From the IMG/VR virus record IMGVR_UViG_3300042557_001040, positions 23,970 through 87,969 of that record: a stretch of DNA of 64,000 nucleotides. One strand, written 5' to 3'. The first letter of the stretch is position 1, and each line of letters begins with the position of its first letter. The notes beneath the pieces were generated by a model, which was not told the origin of the DNA, made no database searches, and worked only from the letters and a program-made list of their open reading frames with translations. Shown one piece after another: positions 38,991 to 48,741 of this stretch. The stretch is from a virus. Made by a program: the position numbers and the translations under genes.

Positions 38991-41900
38991 TAACGTTTAA
39001 CTCCTCCTTTCTTATAATAATATTGTAAGAGTGGTCCTCCTTTTTCAGGAAGTTGTGGTATGGATATATCTCCACCATTTCTTTTTTGTGGTTTAAATTT
39101 TGGGTTATTTGGATTAAAATCGTTAAAATCATTTGTGTTCCATATTCTACCATACCAGGTATCATAATAATCACTATTAGGAACTCCGGGAGCAGGATTA
39201 TTTATATTTTGATAATACCAATCTCTTCCTCTATTTAAAAATTGTCTACGAGTATTAGCAGGTAATTTATTTATTTCTGGAGAATATTGATTCCAAATTG
39301 CATCTAATTCTGGTTTTTTCTTTGCCCACTTTCCTGGCTCTTTATTCATATCTATATTAAAAGACCCTCTATTAGGAATACCCTCTTGCCCTTTAGACTT
39401 TAAATACTGATCTAACATGTAGATTCTAGGATCACGTCCAGAATTGAATATAAAATCCATTGCTTCTGCTGATTCCATTGCACTAGCATTAGGCATAATT
39501 TTTTTAACTTCTGGATATATTTTATTCATTAACATATTCATATACTTAGAATCAGCATACTCAGGAAGAGGTGCTCCACCTGGCCCTCCTCTTAGCTGTT
39601 CATAACTAAGTATTTTACCTGCTTGATGTCTTACACTATCTTGTGTAGTTAAATCCTTACCTGTTTGTGCTTTTGGTAATTTTAATGTAGATATATCTCC
39701 ACCATTATTAAATGTAGGAACACCATATCCTTTGTTGTAATAGTATCTATTAGCTTGACCACCTTCAGCAAACTTAGATATACCACCACTGTATGAATTG
39801 CTATCTCTATCTCTTCTATTCTGTCTAATTACAGCATCTAAGCTTAAAGGTTGTCTTGGGTTCACTGAACCACCATTTTTAAAATGATAGTTCAAACCTG
39901 CACTAAAAGAAGGTTGAAATTGATTTATCCCTGCAATAGGAACTCTAACATTTGTAATATTAGCTCCACCTGTAAAACCAAATCTATTGTTAAGTCTTAA
40001 ATTTCCTTGTGCACCTGCTCCTAAAATGTTTGTATAAAAATCAGGTTGCATTGCATATAGATATGGATTTATTCTGTTTTCATTTGGTTTTTTAATAATA
40101 GGGAGATTTAAAGAAACTGCATTAGAACCTCCAACTTGAAATATTTCTCCATGATTCATCTTACCAGCATAGTAATCTGCTAAAGGCCCACCATATGCTT
40201 TATTTAAAGGATATTCTGTAAACTTTGTTGCTCCAGGAAATGTATGATTACCTGTGTTTGGATTAATCACTCTTGATTCTCCCACATCAGGAACTACATA
40301 TAAAGGAATGTCTCCATATCCATGAGTAGCCATTGTATTCCCTTGTATCTCTGTTATCTTACCAGGATGGGCCCATTGTCCTCTGTTATCTTTTATTACA
40401 CCACCTTGCTTCTTTTTTTGTGCATTATAACCAGCTGATAATAAACCTGTTCCAATTCCTACGCCTGCTGCTGTTTTCCCTACTTTAGACCAATCTATTT
40501 TTCTTGGTCCTTCCACCCATTTATCAGCTTGAATTATTCCTTGTTCAGGATTAAAAAAACTAAACTTAGGTCTGTATTGTGGGATAGCGGTTTGTTGTAT
40601 ATATCCACCTAAAGGATTTCCAGGAACAGGGTTTTCATAAGTCATCTTGCCCTTAAAGAAATATTCTGGATAATTAGTAGCGTGATAAAGTTCTTCTCCA
40701 TAAGGAACATTCTGCGGTATTCTTGGATCAGTACCTGACATATGAGGATATTGATCTTCCAATAATGTAGAAAGTTTATACTGTTGCTCTGTACCTTTTC
40801 CATATCTAGGATCTATTTCAGGATATATTTCATAACTACGAGCTTCCCCTGGAGCATTGCCTTTTATAAACCAACCTCCCATATCTTGACCTTCATAAGG
40901 ATACCAAGCACCTTTACTTTTTCCAGAGTTAGTACCAGAACTTTTATAAAAGTGTTGAAACTCTCCTTTATCATTTACTAAGTTCATAATATCTCTGGGC
41001 TTACGACCTTCTTTTCCTGCTGTAAATTTATTTACTATGTGCCAGTTTTCATCTCCAGTATTTAAACTACCATATGTATTAATTTTATTTCCTTTAAATT
41101 CAATATGACTTGTTGAACCGTCTGCGTTTTTTACAACTTGAAACTTATTAGAGTATTGAGTGCCACCAGGAACAAATCTAGATTCTCCAGGTTTAGTAAA
41201 ATATTGTTTAGGATCAGTAAACATTTGTTTTACATCACCTAAAAATCCTGCTTGTTTAGGAACAACTTTATTTGCAGAAGGACTTCCAAGTGTAGGTCTA
41301 TTTAAATCTTGCCAATAATCTCTAGAATGTTTTCTAAGACCACTTGTATATTTTCCATACTCTTCTTTAGACATGTCCCTTATGATTTTGGGCTCTAATT
41401 CTTTAGGAAGTTCTTTATATGAAGCTTTTCCAAATTTCCCAACATCATTTAAATATGTTTTAACAAGATCATCTATTTTTCTTCCAGGAAATGATTCGGT
41501 TATTTTTTTAACAAAATTTGGCTCATCCTGCCAGTTAATAGGTCCTCTTGTAATAGATATGCTTGATGAAGGTTTAGGAAGAGCCGCTGATTTCATAGAA
41601 TTAACGAAAGGAACTTTTAAACCTCTAAATTCACCTAACATAGGTAACACTGAAGCAGCATTTAATCCTGCTTGTAAAAATTCTCCTTTAGCTACATTAC
41701 CAGGTATAGACACTGCAGCATTTATATATCCAAAAGGATTAATCATGTTTACAGCATGTTCGTATGGGTTAATCTCACCTCTTTCAAAATTTTCTGGAAT
41801 ATCTTGTCCTTTAAGTTTATATTTTAAAGCAGTCATAGGATTAGCTGCAATAGCCAATGCTCTAGAAGCTGTAGATTGTTTTGGACCAGCAGCTCTAATT

Positions 41901-42130
41901 TCCCCTTGCTTTTCTCTTCTAGCATTTAGTTCTTTTTGTCTATTAGCCTCAGCAACTTTTAATAGGTCCGCAGGTTTTTGTGTATAAGAATCAGAAGTTC
42001 TTTGTTGAGCACTTTTAAGACCAGCCATCTGCTCATCAAGAGATTTTCTTTGTATAGGAACTTGTCCCGCACCCTGATATTTAGGAAGCTTCTTATAATA
42101 ATATTGCTGAAGGATGGAATCTTTTCTCAT
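38990..42130 (-). CDS. modular virion protein with GG-delimited domains
   Basis: 1046 aa. GQWAHPG..TEYP domain, OMP-like beta segment, GH108-like module and about nine xxxGG motifs. Confidence 0.7.
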   Translation of the reverse strand: MRKDSILQQYYYKKLPKYQGAGQVPIQRKSLDEQMAGLKSAQQRTSDSYTQKPADLLKVAEANRQKELNARREKQGEIRAAGPKQSTASRALAIAANPMTALKYKLKGQDIPENFERGEINPYEHAVNMINPFGYINAAVSIPGNVAKGEFLQAGLNAASVLPMLGEFRGLKVPFVNSMKSAALPKPSSSISITRGPINWQDEPNFVKKITESFPGRKIDDLVKTYLNDVGKFGKASYKELPKELEPKIIRDMSKEEYGKYTSGLRKHSRDYWQDLNRPTLGSPSANKVVPKQAGFLGDVKQMFTDPKQYFTKPGESRFVPGGTQYSNKFQVVKNADGSTSHIEFKGNKINTYGSLNTGDENWHIVNKFTAGKEGRKPRDIMNLVNDKGEFQHFYKSSGTNSGKSKGAWYPYEGQDMGGWFIKGNAPGEARSYEIYPEIDPRYGKGTEQQYKLSTLLEDQYPHMSGTDPRIPQNVPYGEELYHATNYPEYFFKGKMTYENPVPGNPLGGYIQQTAIPQYRPKFSFFNPEQGIIQADKWVEGPRKIDWSKVGKTAAGVGIGTGLLSAGYNAQKKKQGGVIKDNRGQWAHPGKITEIQGNTMATHGYGDIPLYVVPDVGESRVINPNTGNHTFPGATKFTEYPLNKAYGGPLADYYAGKMNHGEIFQVGGSNAVSLNLPIIKKPNENRINPYLYAMQPDFYTNILGAGAQGNLRLNNRFGFTGGANITNVRVPIAGINQFQPSFSAGLNYHFKNGGSVNPRQPLSLDAVIRQNRRDRDSNSYSGGISKFAEGGQANRYYYNKGYGVPTFNNGGDISTLKLPKAQTGKDLTTQDSVRHQAGKILSYEQLRGGPGGAPLPEYADSKYMNMLMNKIYPEVKKIMPNASAMESAEAMDFIFNSGRDPRIYMLDQYLKSKGQEGIPNRGSFNIDMNKEPGKWAKKKPELDAIWNQYSPEINKLPANTRRQFLNRGRDWYYQNINNPAPGVPNSDYYDTWYGRIWNTNDFNDFNPNNPKFKPQKRNGGDISIPQLPEKGGPLLQYYYKKGGVKR
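39063..39706. repeat. 17-bp exact direct repeat flanking an in-frame module
   Basis: gatatatctccaccatt at 39063-39079 and 39690-39706 (encodes NGGDIS). Confidence 0.85.
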
Positions 42131-45100
42131 CTGAAGGACTGTTGTATTTTCTGATTAGAAAATTTAAATAAATACTTTATGTTTCCATTTATCTTGGCTC
42201 TTAGAAACACATGATTAACATGATGTCTAAACTTTTTACGCTCTAATGGTGACTTATCATAATTGATATAGTCAGGGTTGATATTAAACTTATATCCATT
42301 GGCTTCTGTAATAAACATTGGAATATTTGCAGGGTCTGGAAGATTTGGAGGATTAAACTCACTTCTATCTTTTGTAATGTCCCAAAACTGATTAAACCTG
42401 TATTTGTTTTCTTCTTTTGCGTAAAGAATATCTATATAGTCTGTTTTTACAGAAGGATAGTTTAAAAGAGCTAAAGGATTGTTCTTTGGTTTAATATTAA
42501 GTTGTAAAGTTCCAGATATTTGTTCTGAATTATATATTACAGCCTCATCAAAGTTTCTGTCTAATACATGAAACTTATCTCTACAGTCATTGTAAAACTT
42601 ATACGCTTCCAATACATATTCAATGCTTCTTGTTGTTGTCACTGTCTGCCCTGTAGAAGAAACAAATTCAATTTCCCAAGGATGACTCACGCCATAAAAA
42701 TTACAGTAGTCATCACACCTCACATTATGCTTCCATATAGAATCAACATTTACAGACATAAAGTGATTCTTGCTAGGAATTAAAAATGTAGGAATCCAGT
42801 CATGGAAACTAATCCATGCTTTTGATTTAGGGTCATAGCTTATTGTAAAACTTGCATCTTCAAAAGCCCGTTCATCTCCAAGATTATAATATTCGTTTTT
42901 AACATTGTCATAAAATGTATTGCTTGCTTCTTGATAAACTAAAGATATTTTAGGCTTATAATCTTTTTTTGTAATGTATATGATTTCATTTGTGTTATCA
43001 TATATCATATGAACTCCAATGCCAACAACAGAATTATCAAAGTATTTATATTCAGGAAACACTTTAAGAAGTTGAGACGGAAGATATTTAGCAAACCACC
43101 ATTTCATCCCTCCATTTGAGATTTCAATTAACCCTCCACCGCCATATTGGAAAACTTTTCCTTGGTTTTGACTCACCCAGAAAATTCCGTGGTTAGTACC
43201 AAGTTGAGCATATCTATTCTGGCAAGAACCATATTCATAATATTCATCTGCATTAACTATTGCTTGAAGCTGTTTTGCATCACTAAATAATTTACCATCA
43301 CCAATTGTTATTCTTGCTCCAGTGCCATCTAACTTAAGTTCTTCTGTACCAATAAATTGATAAGGACTTTGAGACCTTAGCATAAATAAAGAACCTGTTT
43401 TATTTAAATTTTTAACAGCGGTTATTGGTGAAGGAAAATCATAATAGTTATTTGCCAAGAAAACTCGCCAGTTATCTTTTTTAGATATATCACTTTGACT
43501 TAAGGAATAAATTATTCTACTTGGGTTATACGCATAACAAGTGCTAGCCACTGCAGGATCATAGTCTCTAGGAAGAACATTGCCCCAACTTATATTGCTG
43601 CTAAATAAGTTGTTAACGCTTAGAGATTGTTCATATTTATAATAATTGCCACTCTTAATGATATCACTTCTAAACATGATTCCCAAGTCAGTAAATCTAT
43701 ATGGGTCATAATGACGTTTTTCTGTTGCGTCTTCCCAATCTCTATAAGCAAGGTTGATTTCTGATTCTACAAAAAAGTCTCTAACGCCAGAGTTAAATAA
43801 ATAAAAGTAACCACGATCTATATAAAACCCTTTTGCTTGCTCTCCATCTAAAGATTTATATTTAGAAGCAACAGCTATAAACTCTGAATGAGATTCATTT
43901 GTGTTCACCCAATATCTAGGATAGGGTACATTTATATGTAAAGTGTAATCATATTCATAGTTGTCAACTTCATTAAACAACCAATCTGTAAAGAAGAACA
44001 TGCTGTTTTTTTCTGTAAACCTGTTAACATAAACATCCCCACCAAAGTAGACTGGAGATCTAAATTTCATATTTGCAACAGGCATTGTTTCTTCAGTACA
44101 ATTAGAAATAACTAATTGCTTAATGGAATCAATTTGACCATACTGGGAAGGCAAAGAAACTTTTAAAGCCCCGTAGTATGATGATATATTTCTTGTTACA
44201 TTTGTATTCAATGTATACCCAACATCACTCATCCTCACTCTACTATTATCAACATTAAGTGGTTTATCAAGTGTACCATCTATTTCAAAAGCTAAAAAAC
44301 TACTTCTGTTAAGATTGTTAATTTGGTAGGAAGGATTAAATGCCTGTACATGAGAACCAACATATGTAGAAGTTACTATTTTTCTTCTTCTATTACCTTC
44401 TTTATTTAATACAGATTCATCGTATAATCCATGAGAGTTATACTGAGCAGCATATTGTCTCTTTGGTATAAAACCCACTATAATGTTATATAACTGCTGT
44501 TGTTGTGCCGATAACTTTAAAGCAGACATTGCTACTGTTAATGTTATATTTGTAGCTTTAATTATATTATTTTCAACAGTTCTAGTAGTAGCTGCTGCAT
44601 TACCAAGTGTTGCTCCAGTTGTAGAATCTACTATTCCTGGAGTAGACCCAAATCCTCCTCCAAGTGTACCAGTACCAGGAAGGATTACACCATAAAAAGC
44701 ATCTGGTTTACGTTTAGTTAACAAATCTGTTGTAAGAGGAATATCACTCGTAGCTCCCAAAATAATAGAAGAATCTGCACCAAGCCCCACCGCAACAGAA
44801 TTTGCTATTACATTAAGTGAGGCAACAATTGTAGAAATAACAGTAACTTTTTTACTTGGTATTTTAAATTTAGGATGTTTGTAAGGAGTTGTAAAGTATC
44901 CTGTAGATTTACCATAAACTTCCTGATACACCTTTACCTCCACCGCATTTAAATACGGATTACTAAATGTTACATCAGGACCATGAAAAGAAAAAATATT
45001 GTCTTTATATGTTGTAAGAGGAGGACTTGTTACAGGACTTTTACCATTGTTTCCTAATTGAGCAGCTGCTGTTAAATACAAATCATTTCCCAAATCATTA

Positions 45101-46806
45101 TAAGGGTAGTTTTGGTAAAGACCCTTTACATCTGCATTCTCTGGTATATCATATTGTCTCATGTTATTTATGAGACCTTTTGATACAATAGTTTTATTTC
45201 CTTGACGAGAACCTCTTAAAATTTCATAACCAACAATAGATTCTATTGGATTGCCATTAAGATCTACTGGTGCTTTTATATTTAAAAACTGAACACCTAA
45301 AATGGTTATTGTATTATCATCTTTAGAATAAATCTTTAAAGAATCATCAACTGTTTCATCTGGAAATTTATGATGACGAATAGATTTACCACACAGCGCA
45401 TCCCAAATATCAGGCTTATTATCAGGGTATTTTTCTGTTGATTCCCAATACGCCATTTTACCCGTAGCTATAAGCTTTCCTCCATCAGGTAAATTAGATG
45501 ATGTAGATGTAAGAATACCTGCTGTATTTTCAACTTGCCATTTTTTTACATTAACCCCATCTTTTAGCTCATACGCATCATCTCCAGAAACATTTGCTAT
45601 TTCTGAAGCAAGAGGAGCTCTTCCAGGAATATGATAAGAATCAGATTTATCACCTGTATTATACACCCATCTTATAAAAAAAGAGTACACTTCATCTCTC
45701 ATGTATCCTACATTATTTCCACCTTTATGGTAATAGTCTGCAGGATATTTAGCAGCCACCCAACGCGTTTCAATTTTATTAGCTAAGGGTTGGTAGTTAA
45801 ATTTAAACTTAGTATAGGGACCTACACGCAATAAATAACTTCCTATTGGATACATTGCGTCAGACTTTTCTACAGGCTCTGTTCTAACAACAATATCGGA
45901 AATTGGAACAATTGCTTGTTCATTTGTAAACCTGTCTATATAAATGGTAGAAACATTTGTAGAGTAGAAACCTAAAAGTTTAACTGTTGTCTGTGATGCA
46001 ATATTAGCTATCAAAACCAATTCAAATTCATCAAATGTTTTATCAACATCTAAAACTCTTAGTTCAAGAGACCCCATCATGTTATCATGATTAAATATAG
46101 ATTGAACTTCTGTAAGTCCTAAATAATCTGTAACACGAACTTGATCTATAGTATATGCAATTGCAACTTGATAAGAACCATTTAAAAGACTCCCTGCACC
46201 CTTTCCTTTTTCAAGAGAAAGACAAGGTTGTTTAATTAATGGTGCAATTCTTAATGCTTCACAATTTAAAACCGATGACTTTTTTTCTACAACACAATCA
46301 TTAACAATGGTTTTAGTTGTTAAATATGGAACATCATTAATGTTTAATATTCTTGTAGGATTTAATCCATCATCCCAATAGATTAATCTTTCACAATCAT
46401 ATCTTTCGCGAGAAGTGCCCGCAATAAGATTTGTCCTCTTAAAGTTTAAGCAAGAATCATTAACAATTTTTGTGTATGTGCAATCTGATTCATCAAATAT
46501 ACCAATCTCAGAATCTATGTCATTTGTTGAAAAGATTGCCCATCTATCATCTGAAAGATGCACATATCCAATTACAGTGTAAGGAATAGTTACACAATGT
46601 AAATTAGAGGGTTCATTCCCTATAACTCCCACTTCACCAAGATGAGAATTGTTAACAGCATTGCGTGCGTGTACCCACATACCTTCCCCTTCGTAACTTG
46701 CGTTATAATCTCTATTCATTCCTTTACTAAAGGAATTTGTTACGATTGGTTCTCTACTTCCTCCTCCACTTTGAGGCGATGGGCTAGTATCTTTATCCTC
46801 TGCCAT
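42127..46806 (-). CDS. tail stabilisation/muzzle protein (crAss-like)
   Basis: 1559 aa beta-rich. Begins NSFSKGMNRD, contains IYWDDGLNPTR, FGGDVYV and WISFHDWIP. Synteny with IHF-like and ring genes. Confidence 0.8.
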   Translation of the reverse strand: MAEDKDTSPSPQSGGGSREPIVTNSFSKGMNRDYNASYEGEGMWVHARNAVNNSHLGEVGVIGNEPSNLHCVTIPYTVIGYVHLSDDRWAIFSTNDIDSEIGIFDESDCTYTKIVNDSCLNFKRTNLIAGTSRERYDCERLIYWDDGLNPTRILNINDVPYLTTKTIVNDCVVEKKSSVLNCEALRIAPLIKQPCLSLEKGKGAGSLLNGSYQVAIAYTIDQVRVTDYLGLTEVQSIFNHDNMMGSLELRVLDVDKTFDEFELVLIANIASQTTVKLLGFYSTNVSTIYIDRFTNEQAIVPISDIVVRTEPVEKSDAMYPIGSYLLRVGPYTKFKFNYQPLANKIETRWVAAKYPADYYHKGGNNVGYMRDEVYSFFIRWVYNTGDKSDSYHIPGRAPLASEIANVSGDDAYELKDGVNVKKWQVENTAGILTSTSSNLPDGGKLIATGKMAYWESTEKYPDNKPDIWDALCGKSIRHHKFPDETVDDSLKIYSKDDNTITILGVQFLNIKAPVDLNGNPIESIVGYEILRGSRQGNKTIVSKGLINNMRQYDIPENADVKGLYQNYPYNDLGNDLYLTAAAQLGNNGKSPVTSPPLTTYKDNIFSFHGPDVTFSNPYLNAVEVKVYQEVYGKSTGYFTTPYKHPKFKIPSKKVTVISTIVASLNVIANSVAVGLGADSSIILGATSDIPLTTDLLTKRKPDAFYGVILPGTGTLGGGFGSTPGIVDSTTGATLGNAAATTRTVENNIIKATNITLTVAMSALKLSAQQQQLYNIIVGFIPKRQYAAQYNSHGLYDESVLNKEGNRRRKIVTSTYVGSHVQAFNPSYQINNLNRSSFLAFEIDGTLDKPLNVDNSRVRMSDVGYTLNTNVTRNISSYYGALKVSLPSQYGQIDSIKQLVISNCTEETMPVANMKFRSPVYFGGDVYVNRFTEKNSMFFFTDWLFNEVDNYEYDYTLHINVPYPRYWVNTNESHSEFIAVASKYKSLDGEQAKGFYIDRGYFYLFNSGVRDFFVESEINLAYRDWEDATEKRHYDPYRFTDLGIMFRSDIIKSGNYYKYEQSLSVNNLFSSNISWGNVLPRDYDPAVASTCYAYNPSRIIYSLSQSDISKKDNWRVFLANNYYDFPSPITAVKNLNKTGSLFMLRSQSPYQFIGTEELKLDGTGARITIGDGKLFSDAKQLQAIVNADEYYEYGSCQNRYAQLGTNHGIFWVSQNQGKVFQYGGGGLIEISNGGMKWWFAKYLPSQLLKVFPEYKYFDNSVVGIGVHMIYDNTNEIIYITKKDYKPKISLVYQEASNTFYDNVKNEYYNLGDERAFEDASFTISYDPKSKAWISFHDWIPTFLIPSKNHFMSVNVDSIWKHNVRCDDYCNFYGVSHPWEIEFVSSTGQTVTTTRSIEYVLEAYKFYNDCRDKFHVLDRNFDEAVIYNSEQISGTLQLNIKPKNNPLALLNYPSVKTDYIDILYAKEENKYRFNQFWDITKDRSEFNPPNLPDPANIPMFITEANGYKFNINPDYINYDKSPLERKKFRHHVNHVFLRAKINGNIKYLFKFSNQKIQQSFR

Positions 46807-47158
46807 GTTTTATAGGTAGATTCTTTTTTTGTAAAAATTTATAAATCTCTCCAGTTATGTACCCAGCCAACCATGCTTGTGCTTCCTCATCTGTAACATC
46901 CCTATCTTCTGACACCCTTACAGCAGCATGATAAACCTCATGGGCTATTGTATCATGAGTGAGGTATTGAGAGCTTATAATTAAATAATAATTGTCCATA
47001 TCAAATGACAGCACCACTCCCTCCACAACATCTGAAAACGTATCATTCAGTTTAGATTTTTTATAGATGCTGTTTACTTTTTCTATTACATCATCTGTCA
47101 CCATAAAGGTCACACTACAGGAATAGGTGGACAGTTTAATTTTTTTTAAAACCTTCAT
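46793..47158 (-). CDS. small zincin-like metallopeptidase
   Basis: TIAHEVYHAA...DEEAQAWL (HExxH plus downstream E). ATG at 47158. Confidence 0.7.
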   Translation of the reverse strand: MKVLKKIKLSTYSCSVTFMVTDDVIEKVNSIYKKSKLNDTFSDVVEGVVLSFDMDNYYLIISSQYLTHDTIAHEVYHAAVRVSEDRDVTDEEAQAWLAGYITGEIYKFLQKKNLPIKHGRG

Positions 47159-47165
47159 ATAAGGA

Positions 47166-48053
47166 TTATTTAATGGGTGCAATCCATGTTGTGAACTCCT
47201 GAGCCTTGAACATGTCATAATACTTAACATATTGAGCTCTTCTGTTCATCTCCCATAGTTGTTTCATCTCTCCATAGTCTGGAGTGTTCACTATTGTCAA
47301 GGCATAGTTTCTGGCAGCTCTAAGACGTTGCTCTACAAGTTGTATTCTTTGAGAAACATCCTCACCATTCATATAAAGATTTTCAAGAATACGCTGCTTT
47401 ACAGCATACTCATAATACTCATTTATCATTGGGTGATCAAGCACCAATAGCTCTCCCTCAGAGTTTTCCAAAGCACCCTGATACGATATAAACAATTGAG
47501 CCTGAGGTACATTTGTATAAATAAAACCATTTTTAATTTGACCAGATGGTAGGGTGTCATCCAACGCATCCACTGTACCTGTGCTATTAGAGATTCTTAT
47601 CTTTTGAAACTGATCATACACTCTTACATCGTTCACTCTTTTTTCAATAACCTGAACATTAATCTTCTCTCCCCACTGACACTCAACTGTATATGTTGTT
47701 TCACAATCACAGGTTAAATCTTTACATCCACATTTAGGACAATCTGATCTTCCTAAAATGATGTTTTCAGTTTGCCTTCCCATCATTCTGGGTTGAACCA
47801 CCTCATATTTACCACACAGATAAGCATAGTTCAAAACATAAAAATCATCAGGTAATTTAGTCTTACTATGGGATAATTCTAATACTTTTTCTTTTGTACC
47901 ATGGATTCTCAATCCAAGATCATATGTAACGCGCTGGGCCACCTTAATGAGCTGTGCAGGATCAATCAGCTTTTCAGTGTTATACATTGTAAAGTCAACA
48001 GCTACATCACTTAGCAGCTGTGTAAGAGTTTTATATTTAAGTTCTGTTTTCAT
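47166..48053 (-). CDS. tail ring/adaptor protein
   Basis: 295 aa with KLPDDF and GFIYTN...LFISYQG motifs, in the crAss tail block. Confidence 0.7.
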   Translation of the reverse strand: MKTELKYKTLTQLLSDVAVDFTMYNTEKLIDPAQLIKVAQRVTYDLGLRIHGTKEKVLELSHSKTKLPDDFYVLNYAYLCGKYEVVQPRMMGRQTENIILGRSDCPKCGCKDLTCDCETTYTVECQWGEKINVQVIEKRVNDVRVYDQFQKIRISNSTGTVDALDDTLPSGQIKNGFIYTNVPQAQLFISYQGALENSEGELLVLDHPMINEYYEYAVKQRILENLYMNGEDVSQRIQLVEQRLRAARNYALTIVNTPDYGEMKQLWEMNRRAQYVKYYDMFKAQEFTTWIAPIK

Positions 48054-48064
48054 AGGAGGATGTA

Positions 48065-48739
48065 TTATCTAACGTTACTTTGTTTGTCACCAGCTAAATC
48101 TGAAGGAAGCTGATACATTGCGTAGAGGTCTTTGAGAGCAGCTGCTTCCATTTCACCATGAAGATAATCTGGGACATTAAAAGGCTGACTTTGACGAAGA
48201 TTGCAGCAATCATCCTCACAAGTGAAGTTACAGATGTCATCTTCAAATATGCCTTCTACTCTTACACTATCCCAGTCTAAATCAGGAAAGTAGAGATAGT
48301 CATTCAAATACCAGTAGTATTTTGTTTTATTATATTTGAAGCTGGTGGCATTAGAAAGTTTTACATATCCACTAGGAAGCGTGGGCTGTAATTCTTGTGA
48401 GCCATCCACTGAGGTGATGTTTCTTATAAGAGGACCATAATATCCCTGCATAAATACAGGAAGCTTCTTCTTTGATCTCTTAATTGTACAATTAGATTTT
48501 AAACCACTGCAAGCAGCCTCTATCTTGTCAACCTCCACAAGCTCAACATCATCTATAGATTGTATTACACTTGAAAAGGAAAGAAGCTTAAACTTACCAT
48601 CTTCTCTTTTCATAAGCCATTTGGCATGCTTAATGAGAAGACTGTATAAAAAACGATCAGTCAAGAAGGCATCCTGCTTGACTGCTTTAATTTGGTTTCT
48701 CACCCTAGAGACGGCATCTCCTATAGTATATCTAGACAT
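48065..48739 (-). CDS. tail ring protein
   Basis: 224 aa with YYWYLNDYLY...VRVEGIFED, in the crAss tail block. Confidence 0.7.
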   Translation of the reverse strand: MSRYTIGDAVSRVRNQIKAVKQDAFLTDRFLYSLLIKHAKWLMKREDGKFKLLSFSSVIQSIDDVELVEVDKIEAACSGLKSNCTIKRSKKKLPVFMQGYYGPLIRNITSVDGSQELQPTLPSGYVKLSNATSFKYNKTKYYWYLNDYLYFPDLDWDSVRVEGIFEDDICNFTCEDDCCNLRQSQPFNVPDYLHGEMEAAALKDLYAMYQLPSDLAGDKQSNVR

Positions 48740-48741
48740 TT

